Assembly (NCBI GenBank): GCA_001687465.1
Contig: LVLI01000140.1
Span: forward strand, 1-64,000
Reading direction: 5' to 3'
DNA: 64,000 nucleotides
Source of the DNA: Halocafeteria seosinensis
Lineage: Eukaryota
Part shown: in pieces, positions 50,319-63,513 of the stretch
Numbering within the stretch: position 1 is the stretch's first letter
How the letters are laid out: every line of letters begins with the position of its first letter
The notes under the pieces: model-generated
Databases searched by the model: none
The model's input: only the letters and a program-made list of their open reading frames with translations
What the model was told of the DNA's origin: nothing
Program-made: the position numbers and the translations under genes

Positions 50319-52608
50319 TTAGTACCTGGAGCGATTCAGCTCTGCATAACTCCGAGCCTGCATGAGCGCTTTGGAAACGAATTTGTTGCTCCCGCTCTTG
50401 GACTTCTGAGTGGGTCGACTTGTTGTTTTTCGCATTTTGGATTGCGCAGCAGAATGGTTTCTTAAAGCATCTTTGTCACGACCTCTCTTCGATGATTGTG
50501 CAAAGACTCTTGTCGCTGGGTTTAACGGAGCTGGTTTTCGCTGAGGCGGCTCCCACGCTGGTTCCTCAAAATCTAGCTCGTCAGTCCTGTATTGCGCGTC
50601 ATTGGAATATGAGGACAACAAGGGCATTGCACCATTTGGAGGCGCGCATTGATGGACTTACGATCTCTTAGGTGGTGTATCTGCTAGATATCGTTTCTGC
50701 GCTTCAAAATGTCGTGGTGCATGGCGTCACGGACTACTCGGTACGCAACGATAGTGAACGTACTGTGGCTGTGTTTCCGATTCGTTCTCGCTTGACTTGT
50801 TGGTAATCACTGGATTCAAGGTTAACGCTGCTGGATTTGGGCTCTGTCAAAGGAGTTGTGGTGCTCTCTACTTCTCTCTTTATTGAGCGTACTGATTCGC
50901 TCTTTTTCTTCTCAGGAGACAGCGCTGCCGCAACCTTGGGCTTTGCCTGCACAGGGACTTTGTTGGGGAGAATATGCGAAGCTGATCCACTCTTAAGTGA
51001 CTTTGAGGGCTCTGCATTTCCACTATTGTGACGCTTCCATACAACTTCATATCTCTCCCCCATTCCCTTCTTCTTTCGGAGCACCCCTTTTTCCGAAAGC
51101 TTCCTCAGCGTATTTTTCACGGCTTGGAGCGGTAGATCAAAATGATGTTGGAGCTGCGATTTTAGGACACGCTCTAATCATGGGGATACACAAAGTGCAC
51201 TACTGTCCGAAGCACCATACCGCGACTAACGAAACTACACCTTGATCGACGAGGAACTCCTGGATCTGCTTTTCAAACGTAGGCGCCTTTGTCTGCAGTC
51301 ATTAGAGACGACATCAGTTAGGACTGAAAAGGTATTCACGCTTCTTTTGATAAACCTGACCGTCGTTTCTTCGTTTTTTCCGTGAAATGCGATATGATCA
51401 TCATCGGAAACTGGACTGTCCGGTTGAGGCTCCACGAATGCCACTTTGATGTTTAGCTTGTGATCCTTTGTCATTACACTCCCACAAGGGATCTGCGTGG
51501 AAGCAGAAGTTTGATTTATGAATGAAGGACCCCAGAGTGTCTTTGGCGTTACTTACTTTGGTAGGCGCCTCATTGAAACATATTTTGTCATCCTCACAAT
51601 CCTCAAAATGAGGCGGGTTCCACCTGCAACTTGTTAGAGCAAGCTCGCTCTTCCGCACATTGACGAATAAGGAGGGAGAACACACTCACCCTGGATCTTC
51701 CAGTCGCTCGTCGTAATAGAACTGCAGAAGCCTAACTCGGTGATTGCATCGGCACGAGTCGGATGTACTACTCTTGACTTACTAGTTTCATGGACAAGCG
51801 CTTCTTTCGAGGTAGTGGTGGGAGAGAGTTCAACGTAGTAACCAATGCTCTTACCATCCCTTTAGTAGTATCGAGAACTGCATAGGGCAACCCATCCCCG
51901 GTACGTTGCTCGTACGGCTGGATAAGTTCGACATTCACTAACCAGATGTCTGAGAGAAGGCGTTTTCACCTTTCACTTGAATGACGCACTGGACGGAGTC
52001 ATCGTCTGGATAGGAAACTCGGAAGACGTATGTTTCGATCAGTCGATTGGTATTCTCGTCGGAGACATTGAACACAACGGAACGTAGAATTCGCTTCTCA
52101 AGTGTAGGAAACACCCCATCTTCCAACCACTGCGAGATCTGTTGGGCTTCTTTGGCGACGCCGTCGTTTAGCTCGTCGTCGGAAAACTGTATGGTTACAT
52201 TCGAAGAAAAAGAGTAGCTTTGGGTCACCATTGACAATTTGGAGGATACAACATACTCTTCGCAAGCTCTTGACCTCCATGCTGTACATACAAAGATACG
52301 AAGCCGTCTTGTTTGGAAGTAAAAGCTTGGAACACACTCCGGAGACTCACCCAGCCATTCGATTCATTTTGAAGTTACCTTCGTCAAAGATTCCTCGAAG
52401 CCATAGCACCTGGATTCGAAAGCGCCAGTCAAAGGAAAACTGTGTAAAAAGCTTATACCTGGCAATTGATGTTATATTTACTTACTTGTCCTACAGCGAC
52501 CCGAAGGAGATTCTTGCACACCGCCAGCGACTGTTGGGCGTTCACAGGAGGTACTGTCGTTTGCTTTGAACGGACTTCCGTCGCTTGGGTTGCTGCTGCT
52601 CGTCCCAT
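50319..52608 (-). CDS. HOP1: Meiotic HORMA-domain protein Hop1/HORMAD with winged-helix region
   Basis: QQSLAVCKNLLRVA, LRGIFDEGNF, WLEDGVFPTLEKRIL, IETYVFRVSY, MKL...YYDE...PPHF; spliced wHTH-like EKQIQEFL...VKNTLRKLSEKGVL. Confidence 0.85.
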
Positions 52609-53320
52609 AGTGTTCCTTAATGCTTCTGCGTATCATTTTGAAGCATTGAATGCGCTTCAGTACGAGAGGAATCGAAGCCTTCTGGTGAACATCTTTTTAA
52701 GCTGGAATGTACCTTTCTTATATCCGCAGAGGGTACTAATAGTAAATATTCGTACTCCCTGATTGAGCACTCTGGTGGAAATTATGAAAATGATACAAAT
52801 GAACTGTGAATAGTGTGATGAAGAGCTCGTTTCCGGAAAAAGGAATTCTTGAGAATTCTACGGACGGACGTTGTGGCTCATGCAGAGTGAGCAAAGCAGT
52901 ATCTGAGACGTATTTACCTTGAAGCTAGCTTTTCCCTTTCCGTTGTGGTGAAATTATTCGGTGAATATAAAGTATAACAAAACACCATCAGGATTTAACA
53001 ATGATACAGGGGAAAGGAATCCATATCGAGAAGAATTCAAATTCGTGGGGAGCGGAGATTCAGGAATTTCCAGTTTTCTTCCTTTCTTACAATGCACTTT
53101 GATACCCTCAATCGTGTATTATCATTTTTACACAGCTAGTAGCTGTGCCTCTGCTATCCGGGCACCTCGCGGTGTAGCCTGTAGATACCTTATTCCACTC
53201 AGCAGAAGCTCGGATTGCTTGTTGATATAATCCCATTCTGTTCTTCTTTCATCACGTCATCCTCCTCTAACCCTATTTCCATACCCATTTTCCACCATCT
53301 AGTTCGTTTTGACGGATTGA

Positions 53321-53449
53321 ATGGCAAGTAGCAGTACCACCTATGTCTGTTTGCGGGATTCTCCGGATCCCAGCGACCTCCCCGGCGAAGGTCGCGATGA
53401 GTCACTTCGACGAGGCACCCTCCCGGGTCAAAATGCCGCTCCTCCTTGA
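53321..53449 (+). promoter_or_regulatory. 42-codon uORF ending Ala-Pro-Pro-stop in the putative ODC leader
   Basis: MASSSTTYVCLRDSPDPSDLPGEGRDESLRRGTLPGQNAAPP*, starting just downstream of a 3' splice-like site at 53302. Confidence 0.55.
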
Positions 53450-53608
53450 CATTCAATGGGATTTTTCGGTGTTTGTCGTGAGAGATCACCTTTCTCAGAG
53501 AGGAAGGAAAGTAGCACAATTTTGGTTGTGTTTTCCGTCGCACTTGGGGACATTATTCCACTATCCACCATTACAGTGTTGAAGAGTGGGAAATTAACGA
53601 CTTCGAAC

Positions 53609-55584
53609 AGTAAGCCTTTATTTAGCGGCGCATCCGTGACATATGCGTTTCTGGTTCCTCCATGACATTGTCTATCCCTTCTCCTTTGTATCTACAGTGT
53701 CAGGTGTCCCCAGAGCGCTACGCACGTCCAGAAGTCGGATTCTTGGCCAGTCACTACACGACACGTTAGTCAATAACACAAGCCAAGACTCCACCTATAT
53801 ATGTGATCTAAGATGGATCGTCAAGAAATTCAAGAAGTGGGAGGAACTACTTCCTCGTATTCAGCCCTATTATGGTATGTCCTGGTACTCGCTGCAGCTG
53901 TAGAATGCTCCTCAGGACGGCAGATCCCGTCACTTTCTGCTTGTGCAGCCTACAAATGCAACAGTGATAAACGCATTGCGGAGACACTTGTGGGATTAGG
54001 AGCCTCTTTTGACTGTGCCAGTAGAAATGAAATTCAGGACGTGCTCTCTGTTGGTGCAACTCCAGAGCAAATCGTATATGCCAACCCGGTGAAACAGCAT
54101 GAACAATTGACCGCCGCTCGGGATTTAGGGATTGACCTCACTGTGATCGATAACGAAGCAGAACTCGAAAAGATAAAGATATGTCATCCCAAAGCAAGGA
54201 TTCTCATTCGTGTAGCAACAGACGATGAACAAAGTTTGTGTCGCTTTTCGGAAAAGTTTGGTGCTTCCATGAATCGGATTCCTCTACTGCTAAGGAAGGC
54301 CCAAGAGTTAGGCCTCCACGTCGTTGGGGTTAGGTGAGTGAACAAACTGGATACATTCGCAAATTATACTTTTTAAGGGCGGAATTTCGTGTTTATGTCA
54401 TTCCAGTTATCACGTTGGTAGTGGTTGCTACGATATAAGCACCTATCAGCAAGCACTGCGCAATGCGCGACTTGTCTTTGACATCGCGCACTCCAAGGGA
54501 ATTTACATGTACATTCTTGATATTGGCGGTGGTTTCCCTGGAGTGGATAAGAATATCTCCGGGTTTGGTGGAGGAGACTTCACCATTGACTGGGGAGCTG
54601 GTCATCCAAAAAACGGTGCGACATTTCCTGAAATCGCTGAAGGATTGAACGAAGCGCTTGATATATTCTTTCCAGCGTAAGTACTTTGGACAGTTGTCGT
54701 CCGTTTAATTTGACTAAGGAAATGTCACTGGTATGTCGCCACGTCCATGCAGCGAACCGATCCGAGCTCTCACGCAAGGAAAAGATCTCCATGTGATGGC
54801 TGAACCGGGTAGGTACTTTGTCGAAGGATCCCATACGCTAGCTGTGAATATCATCGGCAAGCGAGAGAGGTCGGAGGCTAGTTACGGTTTCTCACGTCTC
54901 GACCCAGCCTCTGTTGCAAAGTATTATGTCAACGATGGTTTGTACGGTAGCTTTAACAACATTATCTACGACCATGCGCATATTGCCCCGGTCCCGGTGA
55001 AGCAATCCATTGTTCGGAGAGGTCCGCAAGCTCTTCAGCGTTACTTAGCCCGTGTGTTACCGTTATTTGCCAATGGTTCCCATCCTACATGGCAACCTCA
55101 GCCTGCTGCCCAGAGCTTTGCAACGTCAAATCAGTTCACTGCTGCACAAGCAGGGATGTACACGTCTACTCATCCTGCCTCGATTGAGACTACGACATAC
55201 CCGCACGCTCCTGCTTCTGATGTCGTATACCCACCAACAACTCACATTCCTGTGGAAAATGTTATGGACACTGAAGATGAAGATGACTCGTCGCCTCCGC
55301 CTGTTCCCCAATCTGTTTTATCTACTCCCTTCGGACGTTCTTTGGCCTACGCCCAAGCGACAAAAGGTCCCATCCATCGTTCTAGCATCTGGGGACAAAC
55401 GTGTGACGGATTCGATTTAATTATGCCAGACATCCACCTTCCCGATTTAGACATTGGTGACTGGCTCGTCTTCGAAGACATGGGTGCTTATAGTATAGCG
55501 GGGGCTTGTCCCTTCAACGGGTTTGACTTTCCTCGGAAAGTCTACATTGATGCATCCGAAGAGTGGGATATCGATAGAGAGTAG
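53609..55584 (+). CDS. ODC1: Ornithine decarboxylase
   Basis: PYYAYKCN (PLP Lys), FDCAS, YANPVK, KFGA, HVGSG, LDIGGGF, AEPGRYF, YVNDGLYGSFN, WGQTCDG, MGAYS. Start is probably A|TG across intron 53610-53697; alternative in-frame ATG at 53456. Confidence 0.93.
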
Positions 55585-55768
55585 CCTAGTAGTTCTAGTG
55601 GACGACTTGAATTTCAAGTCACCGCTGTGATGAAGACCTTAGCATCTTCACAAGAGCCCATTGCGCTCGCCTCAGATAGTAATGCACTCCACTGGTTCGG
55701 GATTGATCAGTACAAATTTTCCCCCCTGTACATGAGTGGTGTCTGTGCTGTGTACCCGTGAAGAAAAC

Positions 55769-57786
55769 ATGCGTATTCGTTCATTTAGCGCGAGTATCCT
55801 CCGCGGAGCATCCACGCCACGTAAGAATTGATTCCCGTCTTTATTTCGAGTCGAGCTGTATATCTTTGCCTTCTGTCATACTGCAGTAAAACATCGTCTC
55901 AATGCAACTATTTTTCTTTCGAAAAGCTCTGTGAACTCTGTCATCTCGATTCGTACTGTATCGACGCAAGGCCGGCATGAGAATCGGGAGGAGGAAGACG
56001 ATATTTATGATGCCTTAATTGTAGGCGCTGGAGCTCCAGGGGCCTCTCTCGCTTGCCGATTAGGTACGTCCCTGTCTTGCGTGAGTAGATAGATGGGTAT
56101 TGTCTTGATGGCGAGATTTTGCCTTGCGCTTCACGATCCACAGCCCAACTACCGGACGTCAAAATCGGCATTGTCGATGCCAATAGGCCACCCGAACTAA
56201 GCTCTGTACGAGACCAGAAAGACATTGACCTTCGAGTCTACGCGATCAGCCCGTCATCTCAACAGTTCCTTCAGAGTAAGCAGAGCTTGTTGCTGGGTGG
56301 ATTGTGTCCGAGTTGGAACGGATTACTGATTACGCTTTGTGTCGTCAGGTATTGGAGCCTGGGAATATGTTGATTCTGTGCGACAGGCACCTTATAACAA
56401 CATGCAAATCTGGGATGCCTCCAGTTTTGGAAGCGTCCGATTTACGGAAGGGTCATCACATACGGGTTCTCTAGGGTCTATTGTGGAAAATAGAGTGTTA
56501 TTGGCGTCACTGCACCAACGGATGTCAGATTTGCAAGCGGAGAATGGTAAGAAAGATATAATAAATACCAGGAATGCGAATACAGGTACATTCATCTTTC
56601 AATGATCCGCGAATAAACAGGCTCGCTATGCTGTCATTTAGGCTCCAAGATTGAATCGATCCAATTTCCTCCTGAGGACCGAGATCCACAATTGGACCCT
56701 CTGTATGGAGATGCCCATAACTCGGGGTCCAATGTCCCCATCCCAGAAGTGAAACTAGCCGATGGAAGCAAACTGAAGGCTAGATTACTTGTCGGAGCTG
56801 ATGGAGCTCAATCGATGGTGAGGGCGTCTGCAGGTATCGGGATAAGCAGCTCAGATTACAACCAGCGAGCAGTGGTCGCCTCGCTCGCGACTGATCGACG
56901 ATCAGATACGGCATATCAACGGTTCTTACCATTAGGACCACTGGCTATGTTACCAGTACGTACTTGCAATGGTGCCGTTGCTAACCCGTATGACAACTGC
57001 ATCTCTTGCTGCAGCTTTGGGACAATTATTCCTCCATTGTGTGGTCGACGACACCCCAACATGCACGGTACTTGGAAACATGTACCGAGGAAGAGTTTAT
57101 TCAGTCTGTGAACAGAGCTTTCCGACTTGAGCCTGAAAAACGCAGTAACTCCCATTTCTACGACGTAATCCATGACATGCTCTTGAGGAGCGATGCTTTA
57201 CTGAGGAACTTCGCCCTGACGTCGAAAATTGATGCCTTGAAAAGCTCTGTTAGTGATGTGCCTCCAAATGCAATGAGGCTTGAAGGGAAAAGAGCCTCAT
57301 TTCCATTGAAACTGTCCCACGCAAGCAAGTACACGCGGAATAGTATGGTTCTTATAGGGTACGTTGGTTCTCAGCATGGCACCTATCTCAATTGTACATA
57401 TGGCTAACCCCTGGAATCCTTGCAGAGACGCCGCTCACACGGTTCATCCTCTAGCCGGCCAGGGTCTAAACATTGGGCTGCAAGACTCAGAAGTATTGGG
57501 AAGTCTTCTTGTTGACGCTTATGAGCGTGGAGGCGAATGGTCATCTCCCCACCGACTAAGGCGTTATGAGGAAGCTCGTGAACTCCCCAATGCGACGATG
57601 ATTACACTCATCGATGCAATTAAGCATCTGTTCGTGGACGATCTGGCGATGACCCAGTCAAACAATCCACTAGTTGCTGCTTCCGCGTATGCTATTCGTG
57701 GTATCAGAGGGCTGGGCATGTCAGCTGTCAACCTAATCCCACCAGTCAAAAATGCGATCACGAGATTCGCCGGCGAGAAACGATAG
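55769..57786 (+). CDS. COQ6: Ubiquinone biosynthesis FAD monooxygenase
   Basis: Presequence-like start; YDALIVGAG, RVYAISP, LLVGADGAQS, AYQRFLPLGPLAMLP, DAAHTVHPLAGQGLNIG; multi-exon. Confidence 0.9.
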
Positions 57787-57909
57787 ATGCCATGAGCGAA
57801 TACTAGAGTATAACGAGTAATGCTACACCATCGCAAACGATATTAAACGACGGTGACCAACGATACTATGTGACACCCTGTTAACATCTTATGTTCACCC
57901 GCTCTTACT

Positions 57910-60900
57910 TTACGTGCCTGGAAGCAACTCCTCCATCGGTACCGTCGGGACAAGCTTTGTGGGGATACTCCTCTTCTTAGTCAAGTTTGCTAAGGGCACT
58001 ATCGGAGCACATGCTGCTCCTCCCCCTTCTTCGGCAGATGACTTGGTTACACTAGAAGTCCCTTGACAATACTCGTAAGTCTTCCGATCTTGTTGAGTTC
58101 TTCTTACTCGGCCACATCCAACTGCTTCTTCACACTCTCCAGAATACTTCTCGTGCCTAGTATATCCTTGAGACTGTTTTGACTTCTTGCGGGAGCCTGT
58201 TGGTGCCATAGTGTCTTGATATTGTCCCTGTGGTTCCGGTGAACCTTGGCTAGACGGTAGCCCACGCTTATCATTACCGCGGTTGACTGATTTCATTTGC
58301 ACATGCCTCCGGGACTCATGCTGTTTCGGGCTTTCTTGCCGGTTGTATTGTCCTGAGTCTGTTTTATTCTGGTTTCCTTCTCCTCTGGTAGGCGAACCCG
58401 GTCTACACTCGCCGAACAAGCATGCTGAACCAGGTTTGCTGTACCGGCCGATCTGAGAGGCAACGAGTGAATGGTTGTGGTCCCTGGCAACATCCGCGGC
58501 AGTCAGGCTTTCCTGCAGCATATTGATATTGATGGAGGGATCATATACATTAAACTCCAACAAGGACTACAACAGCGACTGGAATCATAGACGCAGTCTG
58601 CGCATGCTCCCCTTACCCTATTTACCAGGCTCTTGTTGAAACCGAGCCTTAAGAGGCACTCAACAAGTTCCAAGTTCCCGGAGGCAGCAGCGATGTGCAA
58701 CGGGGTGTTGCCCGCCTGCAAACCAGCGACTTCGGATGTCAATATCCTTGTCACCGGCACAATACCCACATACCTTATCGGTAATCCTCGAAGTGGTACC
58801 AACTACCTGCAGTAAGCAATACAGCTGGATTCCTTTCGCGACATGGAGTGTTGGCGCTGCTTACACGGATGGTCACGTTTGAACCCACGTTCACTGTGTC
58901 CCACGTCATTATCTCCTCCACAGAACGACGTTTCCCGAGAAGGGTTGCAGCTAACAACGCACCTTTCACATCCTGCGAACGAATTCGACATGCGATAAAA
59001 GGTTGACGAGCTTCGGATATAAAGTCACGGGCTCGTACCTGCGAAGGAAGTGCCTCGGCTTTGATAGACTCCTTCCCACCGTGTTCTTCTACCAGTTTCC
59101 AGAATTCGCATTTGTCTATCTCTTTAGATAACTGTACCAACCGATGCTCCTGCTTCTCAGACCTCAATCCAGTGGCCCTTGGGGCTACTGCCGGAAAATA
59201 CTGGCGTCGAGCATGTTTTTGCATTTGTCGGGTCTTCTGTTTCAGGACATTACCGTATAGAACGAAACGCTTTAGGAACAGCAGTAGGCGAACGTACTCC
59301 TCCAAGTAAGTCCTTGAGATCCAGCGAGTATTGCCGTGTTCGTTCAGATTTCATGAAACTCCACTGCGCTATGGAAAGCAGCTGCAGGAGTGTATGCATA
59401 ACTGCTTGTTATGGCAAATCCATTGCTAAAAGTAGATACTTACATCTTCGTACACCACAGGATCTTGCGTTTCCTTGACAATATTCGTCTTTCCTGTTTT
59501 AGCAGCAATCGCCAGCGCTTTCTTCACAGTCTGCATAAATGAATCGGACCACCATATGACACGTGCATCCGCAAGCAGTAGACCAGTTACTTGCTTACAT
59601 CATTGGGTGTCTGGTACTCCTTTAACAGCGTGTCAAACCCGCTCTCGAATCCGAGGTATGCCGCCCGCTCTAATCCACTTCTCCCATTCTGAGAGCGCGA
59701 AGATATTCTACAGATGGAAGTCAGATGACCTGAGATAAAATCCCTGTTGAAGGCTTACATGGTCTCGCGACTCTATGTCCACCTTTCCGCTGTTGACCAG
59801 GCTGCGGACGACTCCAACTTGTCTCGTCATGAGAGCGAGGTGAAGTGCCGACTGATTCCACTGAGTTTGGCGTGAGACGGGCAAGATAAACGGCCTGTAT
59901 GTACGTTGTGTACTCGCGTTTGCTTACATGGTTTTTGGTCTCAGGGTCTGCCCCTCTGTGCAAGAGAATCTCAGTAGAGGCACTGTCACCAATCATGGCC
60001 GCTAGCAACAAGGCTTCGTTGTCGAACTGCAACGGTAGCATGGTTCAAACAAAAACATATCCAAGAACTAAACGTTTCTTACCCTCCGAGGGAACTCCGA
60101 AGCGCAAATTCTATTAGAACCGCCGGCGCAGTTAATCATACTGAACACTTTCCCTAGGTCGCCTTCCACAACTGCTGAAATGAGATACTTTTCTCCAATG
60201 AGTGTATTCATACCACTGGGATGAGTCACCACATTGTCCCAGTAGCGATAGCGTTCCTCAAGTGTATGAGAAAGATCTGGAAAATTGTTTTCTTTTGCAT
60301 GAGAGATCGCGAGCGCAGTGTACTGCAGAGAGAGATACCGCGAATCACAATAATAAAACAGACTATCGTCGACCGTACTTGTATTCCATCATCTATCAAA
60401 TCAAAACAATCGATTAGATGCTCTACCAATTTACCGTGCCCATACGATGCGGCCGACTGTACAGCTTGTCTTAGTGCCTGCATGGAATCAAGCAAGCACC
60501 ACAATACCATGCTGACAGTTTCAACAAAGGACAGTTCTTCATCAGCTCATCGTCGTTACCTACGCTGGACTCGTATAGGACACTCTGCAGCAGTAGTACC
60601 ACAACATCTCTTTGGTTATTTACTGCAGCTGCGTTCATACAGCTGATAATGTCGTGTCGGCCAAAGTCAAATACATCCAGCAATGTTCCCGTGATGGCGA
60701 GGAATCCCTTGCAACAGCCAAGCTTCAATGCGGCAAGGGTGTTCTGCAACGAAACAGCGAAGGAATAAATAGAAAACATGTCCAGAAAGTGAATGCATGT
60801 AAGGGAAACTAATAGGATATTTAGTCATGTACTATGTTGACTCACGTGATTTTTCCGCTTACGAGCAGCCATTTTCTCTAACAGTAGTTGAACAATGGCT

Positions 60901-62250
60901 GACATCCCCGAACTAACCGCCAAGTATAGCGGTGTTTCTCCGTTCTGCATCTGTACTATTCAAGAAAGAATGACGCCTTCAAAGTCCGACCGTTTACACA
61001 TACATCGTTGCAAACATCTGTGCTTGCCCCTTTGTAAATCAGAATGGCAGAAACATCTTCATGTCCTTCTCGACAAGCAATATGAAGAGGGGTATTCCCT
61101 TTCTGCAAGTATTTCTTAATGTGTTATACACACGACCATTAATTGTTTATCAACAGACTTACGAAATCCTGAATTGCTATATCGTCAACAGTTGCTTTTT
61201 CCATGAGACCCGTGTCCCCAGTATGGGCAGCGAAGAAGACGATGTCCGAGTCCTGCACTACATGGCATCAGGAAGACCAGCATCTCATAACAGTGAGAAA
61301 CAGTAACGCTCATATTGCGTACGCTCAGTTTATCAAAATTGGCTTTCTTTCGGAGTCTCTTTGCCAGACATGTGACGCCGAAACGCAATCCTACGCGGAG
61401 TTCGCCGGTCTGGAATTTAGCCTCGTTGATGGTTATCGTTTTCAGTTTTGATTACAACGCACACAATAAATGACACAGAATCCTTACGGAAATAACGATA
61501 CCGACATCTTGTTGGTGACGCATCAACGCCTGGACAGTTTGCCTTGTACCATTCTCTAGCGCAAGTCTCCAGGGGGTACAACCTCGCTGCGTTGAAGAGC
61601 CTTTACCAATTACCAAAGGAGCTAATGCATCAACTACTAGTGCATTCATACCCTGTCTTTCTTAAAAAAGTGCCTATCGCCATTGTCGATGAGCACGTTC
61701 GCTACTTGAGCCGATCCTCCACGGCAAGCAACATGAATGGGAAGGTCTAACTCCTGCAATGGTTGCAACCTCCGCTTTACTGTACATCCTGTTCTTGCTT
61801 GACCAAGAATCCCAGTCCTTACGGCATTCTTGATGAGAGCCAGATGTTTCTTGGTAGATGAGCTTCTGTGCTCCAGCAGTGTCTTGGCCACCTCCGCGAA
61901 ATCCTGCTGGGCCGCCAAATGAAGCGGAGTGTTGCCTTCCTGAAAATCGCGTCAAAGCAGACAGAACTCCTTTCACCACGCGTTTCTTACCCTACAAAGC
62001 AGAAGAATGTTGATTCCCGTACCTTATCGTGGCAAGCAGGATCAGCATGGCGCTGGTTCAATAGTTGCAGCACCACCTCGCATCGTCCCAACGAAGCCGC
62101 CAGGAGCAAACCTACGTTCTGCGGATCCCAAAATCCACGGACTGTGTTATGACATTCGCACTTATCAGGATAGATCTCTCATTGCCATACCAGGTCGTCA
62201 AGCAGTAGTGGGTCTGGACAAGGTTCAGACCATTCAGAGCCAGTAAGTGA
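57910..62250 (-). CDS. Multi-exon ankyrin-repeat protein with disordered C-terminus; 5' end and exon structure uncertain
   Basis: GNTPLHIAAASGN, GNTPLHLAAQQD, LPIHVACRGG, ETPLYLAVSSG, ALLLAAMIGD fragments across ~20 small exons. Confidence 0.75.
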
Positions 62251-63513
62251 GTCAACACGAAGAAATCTCCCGGCGAGAGCAGCTTTTGTGAGACATTCTT
62301 TATCCATCGAGTTCATTTTATTACTACCAACGTGTTTTTGGAGCAAACCCAACTGTCAGTTTAGATACATGATCTTCCAAGGTCGCTATCAAGTCTGTCG
62401 GTATTGCCATTATCTTACCCAGCGGGGACGGAACTTCAACTGGTATCCAAAACCCATACTCCCGGACTCCGTCTGTGCCGGATTTCTACTTTTTGAGTAC
62501 AGGTTGGTAGACACACAATATGTCGCGCATCCACAATTCATCTCATTTTGTTCTGCCTGAAGCAATGTGAGAAGTAACACTCAAATATGAAAACTCGGCC
62601 TATCGTGACATCACTAGCATCTAGACTACACACCTAGACCAGACGTCTTCCGATAGGAGCGGTTGTACCGGTTGTACAGTACTAACAGACTAATACGTAC
62701 ATAACCACGGGGTAGAAATGACGATGTTCTTTTGTAATTGCACTGGCGAGTTTTGTATGCACTTTAGCTCTTAATAGTCGCTTGAATACAGTTTAGATGT
62801 GTACGGCATCCCGATACAACATGTGACTCAAGACACGGATACACATACTTCAGAGTTCATTTGGTCAAAGAAGTAAATGTTTCCATAATGCCTGAAAATG
62901 TCTCAAAAGTGCACGATTTAATTTCACACGCTACCGACCCCACTCTGTCGCCCTGAGGTCCTTGCTGTAGTTTTCACCGGAAACTTTTTTCAGCCCATAC
63001 CCAGCATACCCGGTAAGTTGTTAGAGCACAACTTCCAATGCCGCATTGGCACCTGCTCCCGGTCCGGCCGGGCGTTGCGCCCGGATCCCCGTCAAATGTC
63101 TAGAGTATGAATCATGATATGATATGTTCAACGCCGGACTCTGTCCACATAACTTGGTTGGCTTATGTATAGACCAGGTAGAAGAGCAACAGACTGGGAA
63201 GAAGAGATGACTGCCTTGGTATCGCAAAGACGGGCTGTGAACGCCATAAGGGCGGCAACCTCGAGGAACGGCTGCCTGTCCTATCCTCTTTGTAGCCCCA
63301 TGAATGTACGTCTTGCTCATTTTTGTCAATAAAACCGATCCCAACGCTTTAACAGTTGAACAAACTAAGCATATACGGGAAAAGGGCGTGGTGCAATCAA
63401 TGGGGAAGGAAGGAGAGACCAAACAACAGTGTCTCTCTAGTCACCCATCCGGACGTATTGGTGCTTGTAATCGTTGTATTACGTTCGTTATTGCCTTATC
63501 CTGCACTCTATAC

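Noticed and set aside
53343..53582. Antizyme gene via +1 frameshift at CCT TGA C
   Set aside because: The +1 frame ends after ~44 codons with no antizyme-like sequence; kept only as a uORF.
63021..63422. 133-aa minus-strand ORF upstream of NDUFA9
   Set aside because: Non-ATG start, no motifs; likely spurious.
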